DNA of 64,000 nucleotides from positions 314,815 through 378,814 of the forward strand of contig JAGYKX010000007.1 in NCBI GenBank assembly GCA_018401115.1. The letters run 5' to 3'. The translations under genes and the position numbers were made by a program. Every line of letters begins with the position of its first letter. Positions within the stretch are counted from its first letter, which is position 1. Below, one piece after another: positions 1 through 9,648 of this stretch. Source of the stretch: Flavobacteriaceae bacterium. Lineage in GTDB: Bacteria > Bacteroidota > Bacteroidia > Flavobacteriales > Flavobacteriaceae. Below the pieces are notes generated by a model that ran no database searches, was not told the DNA's origin, and worked only from the letters and a program-made list of their open reading frames with translations.

Positions 1-1034
1 TTGTATCTGGATCCATGTACTTGGATAATGGATTTTCCGTTGGACTTAGGGGGTCCTTAAATAAAATAACCACCTTGGGTAATACCCCAGCTAATAAAAT
101 GTATTATGCCTTAGATGCCAGTGTACAATATGCCTTTCTAGATAACACTAAAATAGACCCTTTTGTATCTGCAGGTCTTGGTCATTATTGGATGGAAGAA
201 AATTCTTCTGCAACGGCTAATGTTGGACTTGGATTAAATTACTGGTTCAATGACTTTATTGGATTGAGCTATGAAAGTGTGTACAAGCACACAAAAAATA
301 TTTCAGGAGTGGCCCATATTCAACACAGTTTTGGTATTTCCATAAAAGGAGGTGGTTCTGACAGAGATAAGGACGGTGTTTATGACAACCAAGACGAATG
401 TCCTGATATTGCAGGCTTGGCTCAGTTTAATGGCTGCCCAGACAGCGATGGAGACGGTATTATCGATTCCAAAGACCAATGTCCAAATACGCCTGGATTG
501 CCTGAGTTTAATGGCTGTGCAGATAGTGACGGAGACGGGTTAATAGATCCTAAAGACCAATGTCCAAATACCCCGGGAATATTGGCTTTTAACGGTTGTC
601 CTGACACCGATGGAGACGGTATAAAAGACGCCCAGGATCAATGTCCAGAAGTAGCAGGGGTTCCTGAAAACAATGGGTGTCCAGCGGTACAGAGGCAATT
701 AGACGACTATTCAAAAACAATTTTGTTTGTCTTGGAAAAGGCAGAGATTTTAGAAGAATCTTATCCTGCCTTGAACAACATTCTAGAAATTGTCCAAGAA
801 TATCCTGAAGCAACATTTACCGTTTCCGGCCATGCAGACAGCAGAGGAACTAAAGCTTTTAATCAAAAGCTTTCCGAAGAAAGGGCTCAGTCTATTGTAG
901 ATTATATGGTCAATAAAGGCATTGCTGCCAATCGGTTTAAAGTGGTAGGCTACGGAGAAACAAAACCAATAGCCACTAACGTCAATAGGGCGGGAAGAAA
1001 GCTCAATAGAAGGGTAGAAGTTGTGGTGGACTAG
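1..1034 (+). CDS. OmpA-family outer-membrane protein with thrombospondin type-3 (TSP3) calcium-binding repeats; probably 5'-truncated by the window edge
   Basis: ORF 15..1034 with the frame open back to base 3. Repeated DxDxDGxxDxxDxCP units are followed by an OmpA C-terminal-like tail (SGHADSRG ... NRRVEVVV). Confidence 0.85.
   Translation, partial: VSGSMYLDNGFSVGLRGSLNKITTLGNTPANKMYYALDASVQYAFLDNTKIDPFVSAGLGHYWMEENSSATANVGLGLNYWFNDFIGLSYESVYKHTKNISGVAHIQHSFGISIKGGGSDRDKDGVYDNQDECPDIAGLAQFNGCPDSDGDGIIDSKDQCPNTPGLPEFNGCADSDGDGLIDPKDQCPNTPGILAFNGCPDTDGDGIKDAQDQCPEVAGVPENNGCPAVQRQLDDYSKTILFVLEKAEILEESYPALNNILEIVQEYPEATFTVSGHADSRGTKAFNQKLSEERAQSIVDYMVNKGIAANRFKVVGYGETKPIATNVNRAGRKLNRRVEVVVD
361..674 (+). 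repeat. In-frame tandem repeats encoding the TSP3 motifs: three 81-bp units starting at 432, 513 and 594, plus a shorter leading unit
   Basis: Units NGCPDSDGDGIIDSKDQCPNTPGLPEF / NGCADSDGDGLIDPKDQCPNTPGILAF / NGCPDTDGDGIKDAQDQCPEVAGVPEN read directly from the sequence. Confidence 0.8.
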
Positions 1035-1060
1035 TCCATTAGTAAATAAAGTTTTGAAAG

Positions 1061-1090
1061 AGCGCCGTTTTAACGGCGCTTTTTATATTT
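1061..1090 (+). terminator. Rho-independent terminator after the ompA-like gene
   Basis: Stem agcgccgt / acggcgct with loop ttta, followed by ttttatattttt. Confidence 0.7.
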
Positions 1091-1115
1091 TTAAAGAAGC
1101 TAAGCCCTCGGTTCA

Positions 1116-3848
1116 ATGATCCCTTTTCTAGCACAAATCACAGATAAAATAATTCAAGAAAACCCTAATTTTTCCAATACTATTTGGGTATTTCCTAGTA
1201 AAAGAGCAGGAATATTTGCGGCAAACTACCTCAAAAAAAACAATTCAAAAACCATATTTGCCCCCGAATTTCTAAGTATTGAGGCATTTATTGGTAAACT
1301 TGCGGTCATTGAACCGGCAAGTACTGAAACCGCTCTTTGCCTACTTTACGAAAGTTATTTAGAGACCGATATAAAAGAAAAAGAATCTTTTTCAAGTTTC
1401 ATAGGTTGGGGTACTACCATACTTCAAGACTTTAACGAAATAGACCGCTACGGTATAGTCGCTAAAAAACTATACACACACATCCAAAACCTACAAGAAG
1501 TGTCTCATTGGGCCCTTGAGGAAGACAAGACAGAGATGGTTCAAGCGTATTTAAAATTTTGGGAAATCCTTCCAGAACTCTACGAGCGTTTTACTAAAAA
1601 AATGTTGTCACAAGATATTGGGCACCAAGGTTTATTGTATAAAAAAGCAAAAGAAAATATTGCCCAATTTTTAAAAGACTTACCAGACACTAAGTTTTAT
1701 TTCATTGGTTTTAATGCTTTAAACACTTCTGAGTCTGACATTATACAATATATCTTATCCGAAAAAAGGGGAACAATTTATTGGGACTTAGACCAGTACT
1801 TCTTGGAGAACCCCCTCCATGAGGCGGGCTATTTTATGAGGCAGCACTTGAAAAAATGGCCTTATTTTAAAGAAAATACCCCCGAAGGGATCTCTTACGA
1901 ATACCTGTCAACACAGAAGAAAATTACTATATACGGTGTGCCAAAAAGTATTTCTCAAGCACAATTGATTGGAGAAATTTTACATGATTTACCCCAAGAA
2001 CAAGCGTTAAAAACGGCTATAGTTTTAGGAGATGAGGAACTATTAAACCCTGCCATACACGCTATCCCTAGTGGGCTAAAAGCCAATATTACCATGGGGG
2101 CACCTTTGTCTGGAGTTTCTATGGCCGCATTGGTAGCGCACTTTTTTGATTTACACACCAACAATCATTCCAGCAGTTGGCATATTAAACAAGTTCAGGA
2201 TGTTTTGACCCATCCCTATGTAAAGTCTTTATTAGAAGCGAACCAATACAATGCTGTTACAGCATTCGTTCACCACTGCCAGAAACAAAATATTTCAAGC
2301 TTAAATACGGATTATATCAAGGCCTCCTTTGAAAAAAGTGAGGTAGAAATAAGTCTCCTTTTTAAAGACAAAGCCCATGAACCTGTCGCTTTTGTCGCTA
2401 GATTTAAAGCGCTACTTAATGTACTTTTCAATTTCTCAGAAAAAAACAAGCTGCCTAAAATAAGTTCTGAAGTCTTATATTTCAGAGAGATTTTTGAAGG
2501 ACTAAAGCAGCAGTTAACTGCTTTTCCTTTCATTGACAACCTATCTGGTTTAAAGAAAATTTATCTAGAAACCCTCTCTAAAAAAAGACTTTCTTTTAGT
2601 GGAGACGCCTTAGAGGGTCTTCAATTAATGGGTATGTTGGAGAGTAGAAACCTGGATTTTGAAACGGTTATTATCTCTCATGTAAACGAAGGTATTCTTC
2701 CTGGAGGAAAATCTAGTAATTCATACATACCGCTTTCCTTAAAAAAGATATTTGGACTACCTAGTTTTAAAGAAAAAGATGCAGTGTATGCCTATCATTT
2801 TTACAGATTACTCCAAAGGGCAAAAAATGTTTACTTGCTTTACAACACGGCAACAGATGTATTGGAGGGAGGAGAACCCAGTAGGTTTGTACATCAATTA
2901 AAAACACAAGGAATAGAAAAGGTTCAAGTGGTGCACCAATTGGCCATGCCTGTTTTAGATGCGGTTACGCCTACATTAATGGAGATTGAAAAAGACCCAA
3001 GCGTTATTGAAAAATTACTGGAAAAAGCAACAAGTGGCTTTTCTCCCTCGGCATTAAATACTTATATAAGGAACCCTATAGATTTTTATAAACGCTATAT
3101 TTTAAAGATCAAAGATCCGGAAATTCTAGAAGAACTCATCGCTTATAACACCTTTGGAACTATTGTTCACGATAGTTTAGAAGCGCTTTACACCCCTTGT
3201 ATTGGTCAAATATTGACTGAAAACCACTTTAAAGAAATTAATACCCAACTGCCTAATACCCTAGCCCACATTTTTGAAAAACACCATAGCCCAACTCAAT
3301 CACTGAAAGGGAAAAACCTCATCGCTTTTTCTGTATTGCATCAATATCTCAAGGATTTCCTGGAATACGACCAAGCATGTGCTAAAAAAGAAGAAATTTA
3401 TATTGAAAGCCTAGAGAAAGAATACCAAATGACCCTACAAATTCCAGGTGTTTCTCAAGGTGTTTTATTCAAAGGGAGTTTAGACCGCGTGGACAAAAGA
3501 AATGGAGTAACACATATTATTGATTTTAAAACGGGTGCGGTGAAATCCACTGAATTAAAACTCAAGGACTGGGATGGTTTAAACGACAGCCCAGAGAAAG
3601 GCAAAATTTTTCAGCTACTTTCTTATGCGGCATTATATAGGAATAGCCACGGAAATGAACCCGTAAAAACAGGAATCTATAGTTTTAAAAACACACAAGA
3701 TGGCTATATGTTTTTTGAAGACAGCCTAAAAACCTCAGACAAAAACATTGTAGATGAAGGTGCTTGCAGCAAATTTAAAGAAATGCTTATTGACTTAGTT
3801 CAAGAACTCTTTAATATAGAGAACCCTTTTGTGGAGAAGGAAGTTTAG
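1116..3848 (+). CDS. PD-(D/E)XK nuclease family protein (AddB-like large nuclease/helicase-accessory protein)
   Basis: 910-aa ORF. The C-terminal block GSLDRVDKRNGVTHIIDFKTG fits a D...D/E-x-K nuclease motif, and the size matches Bacteroidota AddB-like proteins. Confidence 0.6.
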   Translation: MIPFLAQITDKIIQENPNFSNTIWVFPSKRAGIFAANYLKKNNSKTIFAPEFLSIEAFIGKLAVIEPASTETALCLLYESYLETDIKEKESFSSFIGWGTTILQDFNEIDRYGIVAKKLYTHIQNLQEVSHWALEEDKTEMVQAYLKFWEILPELYERFTKKMLSQDIGHQGLLYKKAKENIAQFLKDLPDTKFYFIGFNALNTSESDIIQYILSEKRGTIYWDLDQYFLENPLHEAGYFMRQHLKKWPYFKENTPEGISYEYLSTQKKITIYGVPKSISQAQLIGEILHDLPQEQALKTAIVLGDEELLNPAIHAIPSGLKANITMGAPLSGVSMAALVAHFFDLHTNNHSSSWHIKQVQDVLTHPYVKSLLEANQYNAVTAFVHHCQKQNISSLNTDYIKASFEKSEVEISLLFKDKAHEPVAFVARFKALLNVLFNFSEKNKLPKISSEVLYFREIFEGLKQQLTAFPFIDNLSGLKKIYLETLSKKRLSFSGDALEGLQLMGMLESRNLDFETVIISHVNEGILPGGKSSNSYIPLSLKKIFGLPSFKEKDAVYAYHFYRLLQRAKNVYLLYNTATDVLEGGEPSRFVHQLKTQGIEKVQVVHQLAMPVLDAVTPTLMEIEKDPSVIEKLLEKATSGFSPSALNTYIRNPIDFYKRYILKIKDPEILEELIAYNTFGTIVHDSLEALYTPCIGQILTENHFKEINTQLPNTLAHIFEKHHSPTQSLKGKNLIAFSVLHQYLKDFLEYDQACAKKEEIYIESLEKEYQMTLQIPGVSQGVLFKGSLDRVDKRNGVTHIIDFKTGAVKSTELKLKDWDGLNDSPEKGKIFQLLSYAALYRNSHGNEPVKTGIYSFKNTQDGYMFFEDSLKTSDKNIVDEGACSKFKEMLIDLVQELFNIENPFVEKEV

Positions 3849-3857
3849 GGTTTAAAA

Positions 3858-3892
3858 AAACCCTCACATTACTGTGAAGGTTTTTGTTTTTT
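3858..3892 (+). terminator. Rho-independent terminator
   Basis: aaccctcaca-ttac-tgtgaaggtt hairpin (one mismatch) followed by tttttgtttttt. Confidence 0.5.
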
Positions 3893-3916
3893 AGGCTAAA
3901 GCCGATATTTTGTTAG

Positions 3917-3990
3917 TGGAGAATAGCGGATTCGAACCGCTGGCCTCTTGCCTGCCAGGCAAGCGCTCTAGCCAACTGAGCTAATCCCCC
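3917..3990 (-). tRNA. tRNA-Ala (anticodon GGC)
   Basis: The reverse complement folds as a 74-nt cloverleaf: GGGGGAT acceptor with G3:U70, D-stem GCTC/GAGC, anticodon stem CTTGC/GCAAG with loop CTGGCAG, T-arm AGCGG-TTCGAAT-CCGCT, discriminator A. No CCA is encoded. Confidence 0.92.
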
Positions 3991-4052
3991 AAAGCGAAGC
4001 AAAGAAACCACTTTTTTTTATAATCTCAAACCTTTAATTTGTGCAAAAAAAT

Positions 4053-4850
4053 TCAATCCTTTTTCACACTTAACACCAATACAGGAATAGAGACGTGAAA
4101 TTCAGATTTGAGAATGGTGCTTTTTTCCAATAAATTGGTGAAAAAACCTCTTTTTCTTCTAAAAACACACAAAAGATCCGGTTTTTGATCTCTAAAATGC
4201 TCTAAAACGCCCAGATATGTTGTGGCATTTTGGGTCATATTTACCTGACTGCTCATGTCCATTAGAGCGGTGTTTATTTTTAAATCTGCGTCTGTATATC
4301 CAGGGGTTTTAACCAATAAAAGGGAGACCTTTGATTGGTGATTTTTTTGAATCTCCAAAAGGGGCGTTAAAATTCTATTTCTCTTAAGAATACCCGATTT
4401 AAAAGCAGTAAGTACATTTTTAAACGGTTTGAATACTGCCTTTTTAGGTACAATTAGGGTGGGAATATTGGTGCGTTTAATAATACTTCCGGAGGTAGGG
4501 CCCAAATAGTAAATATCTTGTATATCATTGTGCCTAGGGGACATGATGATTAGATCTATCTGCAGCTCTTTGTCAATTGCTTTAACGCCTTCTACCACAC
4601 TTCCGTTGTAAGTGACTATTTTAATCTCTAAGCCTTTTGGGTCTACTTTACCTATAACTTCTAGCAAATGTGCTTTGTTTTGCTGGGCTACTTTTTCAGA
4701 AACATTAACCAGTGTTCCTGGAGCAGAAGGGGCATTAAATACCTCCATCACAAATATTTTAGATTGTAATGGAGCTGCAAAATCTACCGCATATTGGAGG
4801 GTTTCGTGAATGTCTGGACTACTTCCTATGGGAACGAGAATATGATTCAT
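4053..4850 (-). CDS. Universal stress protein family (tandem USP-like domains)
   Basis: 265-aa ORF with N-terminus MNHILVPIGSSPD..TLQYAVDFA and a second half resembling a duplicated USP fold. Confidence 0.55.
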   Translation of the reverse strand: MNHILVPIGSSPDIHETLQYAVDFAAPLQSKIFVMEVFNAPSAPGTLVNVSEKVAQQNKAHLLEVIGKVDPKGLEIKIVTYNGSVVEGVKAIDKELQIDLIIMSPRHNDIQDIYYLGPTSGSIIKRTNIPTLIVPKKAVFKPFKNVLTAFKSGILKRNRILTPLLEIQKNHQSKVSLLLVKTPGYTDADLKINTALMDMSSQVNMTQNATTYLGVLEHFRDQKPDLLCVFRRKRGFFTNLLEKSTILKSEFHVSIPVLVLSVKKD

Positions 4851-4951
4851 AAAGAGATGTTAGGTATATTTAGAATTAGGTATTAAACTACAATGAATAT
4901 ACTATAAATTTGTGATTAATAATATACCTATAAGAACAGACCCCCTAATAT

Positions 4952-5455
4952 ATGATTAGACCAGCAAAAGCAAAAGACCTACCGTTCATTTTAGAAGTCA
5001 CCCAATCATGCGCGAGACATATGATCGCAAATGGTATATTTCAATGGAACGAACAATACCCTAGTATAGAGGCATTTCAGAAAGATCTAGATCGCGAGGA
5101 ATTATATGTTTTTGAACAAGAGGAAAAGGTGCTAGGAGCTGTTGTAATGAGTGATTTTAAAGACCCTTTTTACGAAGCTATTCAATGGAAGTGCCCTACA
5201 GGGAAAAATATGTATATCCACAGGCTTTGTGTGCACCCAATTGCCCAAGGCAAAGGATACGCCAAAGCACTCATGGATTTTGCAGAAAATAAAGCGAGAA
5301 AAGAAGGCTTTCAGTCAGTTCGCCTAGATACTTTTAGTTTAAATGAGAAAAACGTGGCTTTCTACACCAAGAGAGGCTATTCAAGGCTAGGAGATATTTA
5401 TTTTCCCATAAAGAGCAAAGCCCCTTTTCATTGTTTTGAACTGCCCATTTCATGA
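4952..5455 (+). CDS. GNAT family N-acetyltransferase
   Basis: 167 aa with the HRLCVHPIAQGKGYAKALMDFAE acetyl-CoA binding motif. Confidence 0.8.
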   Translation: MIRPAKAKDLPFILEVTQSCARHMIANGIFQWNEQYPSIEAFQKDLDREELYVFEQEEKVLGAVVMSDFKDPFYEAIQWKCPTGKNMYIHRLCVHPIAQGKGYAKALMDFAENKARKEGFQSVRLDTFSLNEKNVAFYTKRGYSRLGDIYFPIKSKAPFHCFELPIS

Positions 5456-6809
5456 CATTCAAAGTAACACATAATACAGAAAACCCCCTCAAAAGAATTC
5501 ATCGTTTGGCCATTCCCGCAACTATTGCAGGTGTAGCAGAACCCTTTTTATCTTTAACAGATACTGCTATTGTGGGAAATATACCTATTCAAGGTGCTCA
5601 AGCATTGGCGGCTGCAGGAATAGTAGGTTCCTTTCTCTCTATGCTCGTTTGGGTTCTGGGGCAAACCCAAAGCGCTATTTCCGCATTGGTCTCTCAATAC
5701 CTAGGAAAAGACAATTTAGACGGGATTAAGGCCTTACCCATGCAGGCCATGTATGTGAATGTTTCCATCAGTCTTTTAGTGCTTGTGATTAGTATGATTT
5801 TTAAAACGGAGATATTTACGCTAATGAATGCCTCCGGTCCTTTGCTTGAAATGTGTGAGCAATACTTTAGTATTAGAATCTGGGGATTTCCATTAACCCT
5901 TTTCACTTTTGGTGTATTTGGAGTCTTTAGGGGACTACAAAATACTTTATGGCCTATGGCTGTAGCACTAACAGGTGCTTTTCTAAATGTGGGATTAGAC
6001 TTTATTTTAGTTTACGGCATAGAAGGATTTATAGAGCCTATGTTTTTAGAAGGGGCTGCCTGGGCCAGTCTAATTGCACAAGTAGTAATGGCTGTATTTG
6101 CATTGAGCTTGCTTTTTTTAAAGACAGATTTCCCGCTCATTGTCAAAGGGCCTATTCATCCTGAATTAAAAAATATTATTGGTATGAGTGCCAATCTCTT
6201 TGTGCGCTCTTTGGCATTAAACACTGCGCTTATTTTGTCCGTTAGAGAAGCTACAGCTATGGGGACTACTTTTATTGGCGCACACACCATATTACTTAAT
6301 CTATGGTTATTTTCTGCCTTCTTTATAGAGGGATATGGCACGGCAGGAAATAGTATTGGCGGCAAATTATTAGGCGCTAAAAATTATATCCTGTTGTGGG
6401 AATTGGCAAAAAAGTGGCCTTTTTTGGTTTTGTGATGGGGAGTATTTTATTGTTGCTTGGGACCTTGTTTTACGGTAATATAGGGGGTCTATTTTCCGAA
6501 AACAAAGCGACTTTATTGGCTTTTGAAGAGGTGTTTTTCATTTTGTTAATTTGCTTGCCCACCAATGGTGTTGCGTTTGTTTTAGACGGTATGTTTAAAG
6601 GCTTGGGAGAGATGAAGTTCTTGAGAAATGTACTCTTACTCACTTCTTTTGGCGTCTTTGTTCCTTTGGTTTTCTGGAGCAATAAAATGAATTGGGGGCT
6701 AAAGGGAATATGGGTGGCTTTTGGTTGTTGGATGGTGGCAAGGGGGGTTGCCTTAATCTTGAAATTCCGAAGAAAATTTTTACCCCTAAAACAAAACACC
6801 TACATTTAA
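5452..6809 (+). pseudogene. MATE family efflux transporter, split into two ORFs by a 1-nt frame break
   Basis: ORFs 5452..6435 and 6396..6809 together make a normal-length, polytopic MATE protein. The frames rejoin if the A-run at 6408..6413 (gcaaaaaagtgg) had one more A (…LWELAKKVAFFGFVMG…). Confidence 0.75.
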
Positions 6810-6817
6810 AAATAATT

Positions 6818-7570
6818 ATGAAAGGGACTGTTCACACTCAAATAGAAAATGCCATTGCTACAATAACTTTCCAGCATCCAGCAAGTAATTCCTGCGATCC
6901 GGAAATGTTAGCAGAAATGTCAGATAGCATAAAAAATCTTTCAGGGCATTCCGCGGTTAAACTAATATTACTGCAATCTGGAGGAGAAAAAACTTTCTGT
7001 GCAGGTGCATCTATAACCCATTTATCTGAGTTAAAAGACCTGAAAACTGCCACGGAATTTTTCAAAGGATTTGGTCGTTTAATACTCGAAATGAAGGTAT
7101 CTCCTAAAATAATCGTAACCAAAGTTCAAGGAAAAGCCGTGGGAGGCGGTATTGGAATTATTGCTGCGAGTGACTATGTGATTGCTGGTCCCAATAGTGA
7201 AATAAGACTTTCGGAATTATTTATAGGGATTGGACCTTTGGTGATTGCGCCAGCGGTCATTCGAAAAATTGGGGTGAGTAATTTCACTCATTTAAGCCTT
7301 GAACCAACCCAATGGAAGCCGGCGCAATGGGGAAAAGAAAGCGGTTTATTTAACAAGCTTGTACAAACTCAAGAAAGCTTAACGACAGAGACAAATACAT
7401 GGGTTTTGGCCCTGACCCAATACAGTAAAGAAGCCCTGTGTCAAATAAAGAAAACAGCTTGGCAAGGTACCGATCATTGGAGTGACCTATTAGACGCCAA
7501 TGCTGCAGAAACTGCAGCGCTTGCTTTAACAGACCAAGCGCAGGCGGCATTTAAATCATTTATAAAATAA
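6818..7570 (+). CDS. Enoyl-CoA hydratase/isomerase (crotonase) family protein
   Basis: Start trimmed to ATG 6818 (MKGTVHTQIENAIATITF). FCAGASI and GGGIGIIAASD crotonase-like motifs are present. Confidence 0.75.
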   Translation: MKGTVHTQIENAIATITFQHPASNSCDPEMLAEMSDSIKNLSGHSAVKLILLQSGGEKTFCAGASITHLSELKDLKTATEFFKGFGRLILEMKVSPKIIVTKVQGKAVGGGIGIIAASDYVIAGPNSEIRLSELFIGIGPLVIAPAVIRKIGVSNFTHLSLEPTQWKPAQWGKESGLFNKLVQTQESLTTETNTWVLALTQYSKEALCQIKKTAWQGTDHWSDLLDANAAETAALALTDQAQAAFKSFIK

Positions 7571-7574
7571 TCTT

Positions 7575-7673
7575 ATGAATCAAAACTTTCTATTTGCGGC
7601 GCTGGCTTTAGTCGTAGGGGTAATATACTTTTTTAATAAATTCAGGAACAACAAAAAGTTTAAACGAAAATAA
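7575..7673 (+). CDS. Possible 32-aa small membrane protein (not in the ORF track)
   Basis: ATG 7575, MNQNFLFAALALVVGVIYFFNKFRNNKKFKRK, stop at 7671: one hydrophobic helix plus a basic tail. It fills the gap between two genes exactly. Confidence 0.25.
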   Translation: MNQNFLFAALALVVGVIYFFNKFRNNKKFKRK

Positions 7674-8315
7674 TTAACTCGTTTTAAGCCAGCCGGTAAT
7701 ACTGAGCCTATCTCTGTGTGCTTTTAATACTTCATGAGGTATTTTTTGGCTTTCAAAAATAACCATCCTACCTCCTAAAGGAGTCACTAGTAGGGTTTGC
7801 TCCTCACCGGCACCCATTATATAAAGGGCTAGCGCACCTCCGTCTGTTTCCGTCCAGTCTTCTGGATTTAAATAAAATGCAATAGAAAGCTTTCTTTTGT
7901 GATCATTTTGAAAGCTGTCTAAATGCCTTTTATATCCAGTACCGGGAGGGTACAGTGCATAATGGAATTCTGTCTGAAGTATACCTAGAAAACAGGTCCT
8001 ATTCAAATAGGCCACCAAATCATTTAATCTTTTAAAGAACAAATTCTCTACATGGGTCTGGATCCTTTCATCTATCCATAAGATATAGTCCCCTCGTATA
8101 GCTGCCGCTATGACTTCATTGGTTTTACTTCCAATAGCGGCTTTTTTAAAGCGATCCTCCTCAAAGTGTAATAAGAGAGACTGCCTCAATAAAAAAACCG
8201 TTTTAGAGTCTATAAAATGATCCACAATACTATAGTCTTGGGTCATTAAATCTGAAATAATGGTTTCGAACAAAGGGTCTAATTCGAAATCCATTTCGCG
8301 GTACAATGCAGCCAC
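7674..8315 (-). CDS. 2OG-Fe(II) oxygenase family protein (prolyl-hydroxylase-like)
   Basis: 213 aa with HLD (HxD) ... IPHEV ... RLSITGW motifs in the expected order. Confidence 0.7.
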   Translation of the reverse strand: MAALYREMDFELDPLFETIISDLMTQDYSIVDHFIDSKTVFLLRQSLLLHFEEDRFKKAAIGSKTNEVIAAAIRGDYILWIDERIQTHVENLFFKRLNDLVAYLNRTCFLGILQTEFHYALYPPGTGYKRHLDSFQNDHKRKLSIAFYLNPEDWTETDGGALALYIMGAGEEQTLLVTPLGGRMVIFESQKIPHEVLKAHRDRLSITGWLKTS

Positions 8316-8376
8316 TTACAATATTTAAAAGAACGGATAAATGTAATTCAATTAAGTGTTGGTTTTGCAAAAAGAA

Positions 8377-8384
8377 TACCTTTG
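8377..8384 (+). promoter_or_regulatory. Candidate Bacteroidota -7 promoter box (TAnnTTTG) for queD
   Basis: TACCTTTG lies 17 nt upstream of ATG 8402. No well-spaced -33 TTTG was found. Confidence 0.3.
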
Positions 8385-8401
8385 CAACTTAAACTTTTCT
8401 C

Positions 8402-8851
8402 ATGAGCAAAATTAGAATTACCAAACAGTTTAGTTTTGAAACTGGCCACGCCTTATTTGGCTACGACGGAAAATGCAGAAATGTTCATGGCCACAGCTAT
8501 AAACTGTCTGTGACAGTCATTGGAAGTCCTATAGAAGAAAAAGGTGCTGTAAAACTCGGAATGGTGATTGACTTTTCTGACCTAAAAAAAATTGTCAAAG
8601 AAGAAGTAGTAGATGTATTTGACCACGCCACAGTATTTAACAAAAACACGCCTCATATTGAGTTAGCAAAAGAATTAAGAAACAGAGGGCACGCAGTTAT
8701 TTTGGCAGACTACCAGCCAACCTCAGAAAACATGGTGCTGGATTTTGCAGATAAAATTAAAGCCAGGTTGCCAAAAAATATTACTTTGTTCTCTTTGAAA
8801 CTTCAAGAGACAGACAGTTCCTTTGCAGAATGGTTTGCCTCAGATAACTAG
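8402..8851 (+). CDS. queD: 6-carboxy-5,6,7,8-tetrahydropterin synthase
   Basis: FSFETGHALFGYDGKCRNVHGHSYKLSVTV is a typical QueD/PTPS signature. Confidence 0.85.
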   Translation: MSKIRITKQFSFETGHALFGYDGKCRNVHGHSYKLSVTVIGSPIEEKGAVKLGMVIDFSDLKKIVKEEVVDVFDHATVFNKNTPHIELAKELRNRGHAVILADYQPTSENMVLDFADKIKARLPKNITLFSLKLQETDSSFAEWFASDN

Positions 8852-8873
8852 CTGTTTACTATCTTTAGGCTCT

Positions 8874-9641
8874 ATGACACAAGAAATATCCCTTACAGAT
8901 GGTAAAAAAATTTATTTTGCCAGTGACAATCACCTCGGAGCACCCAGTGCAGCGGAAAGTTTGCCTAGGGAAAAGAAGTTTGTTTCTTGGCTAGATACTA
9001 TTAAAGACTCTGCTGCTGCTATTTTTCTTTTAGGAGATCTTTTTGATTTTTGGTTTGAATACAAGACTGTTGTTCCTAAAGGGTTTACCCGAACACTTGG
9101 AAAACTAGCGGAACTTTCAGACGCTGGAATCCCTATATATTACTTTGTGGGAAATCATGATTTATGGATGCATGGGTACTTTGAAGATGAATTAGGAATT
9201 CAAGTATTCCACAAACCCCAAGAATTTATGATTGATCATAAAACTTTTTTAATTGGTCATGGGGATGGTTTGGGGCCTGGAGACAAGGGTTTCAAAAGAA
9301 TGAAAAAAGTATTTACCCATCCGTTGGCCAAATGGTTTTTCAAATGGCTTCATCCAGATATTGGTGTTTCTTTGGGTCACTACCTATCAGTTAAAAATAA
9401 ACTCATCTCTGGAGAAGAAGATGTGGTGTTTCTTGGAGAAGAAGGGGAGTGGTTGGTTAAGTATGCCAAGAGAAAGCTCTCACAAAAACACTATGACTAC
9501 TTTGTGTTTGGGCACAGACATTTACCATTAGAAATCGCTGTAGCAGAAAATGCGACCTACATAAACACCGGAGATTGGATCTCTCACTACACCTATGGAG
9601 TTTATGACGGAGCCACTTTAAAACTCCAAACTGCCAAATAA
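8874..9641 (+). CDS. lpxH: UDP-2,3-diacylglucosamine diphosphatase (LpxH-type metallophosphoesterase)
   Basis: Start trimmed to ATG 8874. Motifs FASDNHLG, LLGDLFDFW, GNHDLW and GHRH are present. Confidence 0.8.
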   Translation: MTQEISLTDGKKIYFASDNHLGAPSAAESLPREKKFVSWLDTIKDSAAAIFLLGDLFDFWFEYKTVVPKGFTRTLGKLAELSDAGIPIYYFVGNHDLWMHGYFEDELGIQVFHKPQEFMIDHKTFLIGHGDGLGPGDKGFKRMKKVFTHPLAKWFFKWLHPDIGVSLGHYLSVKNKLISGEEDVVFLGEEGEWLVKYAKRKLSQKHYDYFVFGHRHLPLEIAVAENATYINTGDWISHYTYGVYDGATLKLQTAK

Positions 9642-9648
9642 AGATGTC

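Noticed and set aside
352-816. Track ORFs 352..543(+), 422..607(-) and 589..816(-) inside the ompA-like gene
   Set aside because: They are alternative-frame or antisense read-throughs of the repetitive TSP3 region. Their composition is low-complexity and they lie fully inside a well-supported CDS.
6692-6817. Long N-terminal extensions of track ORFs. This one is an example; the same applies to 8823, 25050, 27101, 28805, 33336 and 55563.
   Set aside because: The extensions overlap the upstream gene or precede an obvious native N-terminus (signal peptide, Tat motif or conserved start). Internal ATGs were used instead.
8316-8401. Possible preQ1 riboswitch upstream of queD (and an FMN riboswitch upstream of ribE at 24916..24973)
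   Set aside because: The leaders are too short, and I could not find the conserved preQ1 or FMN element cores. Only a small ttgcaaa/tttgcaa hairpin is present.
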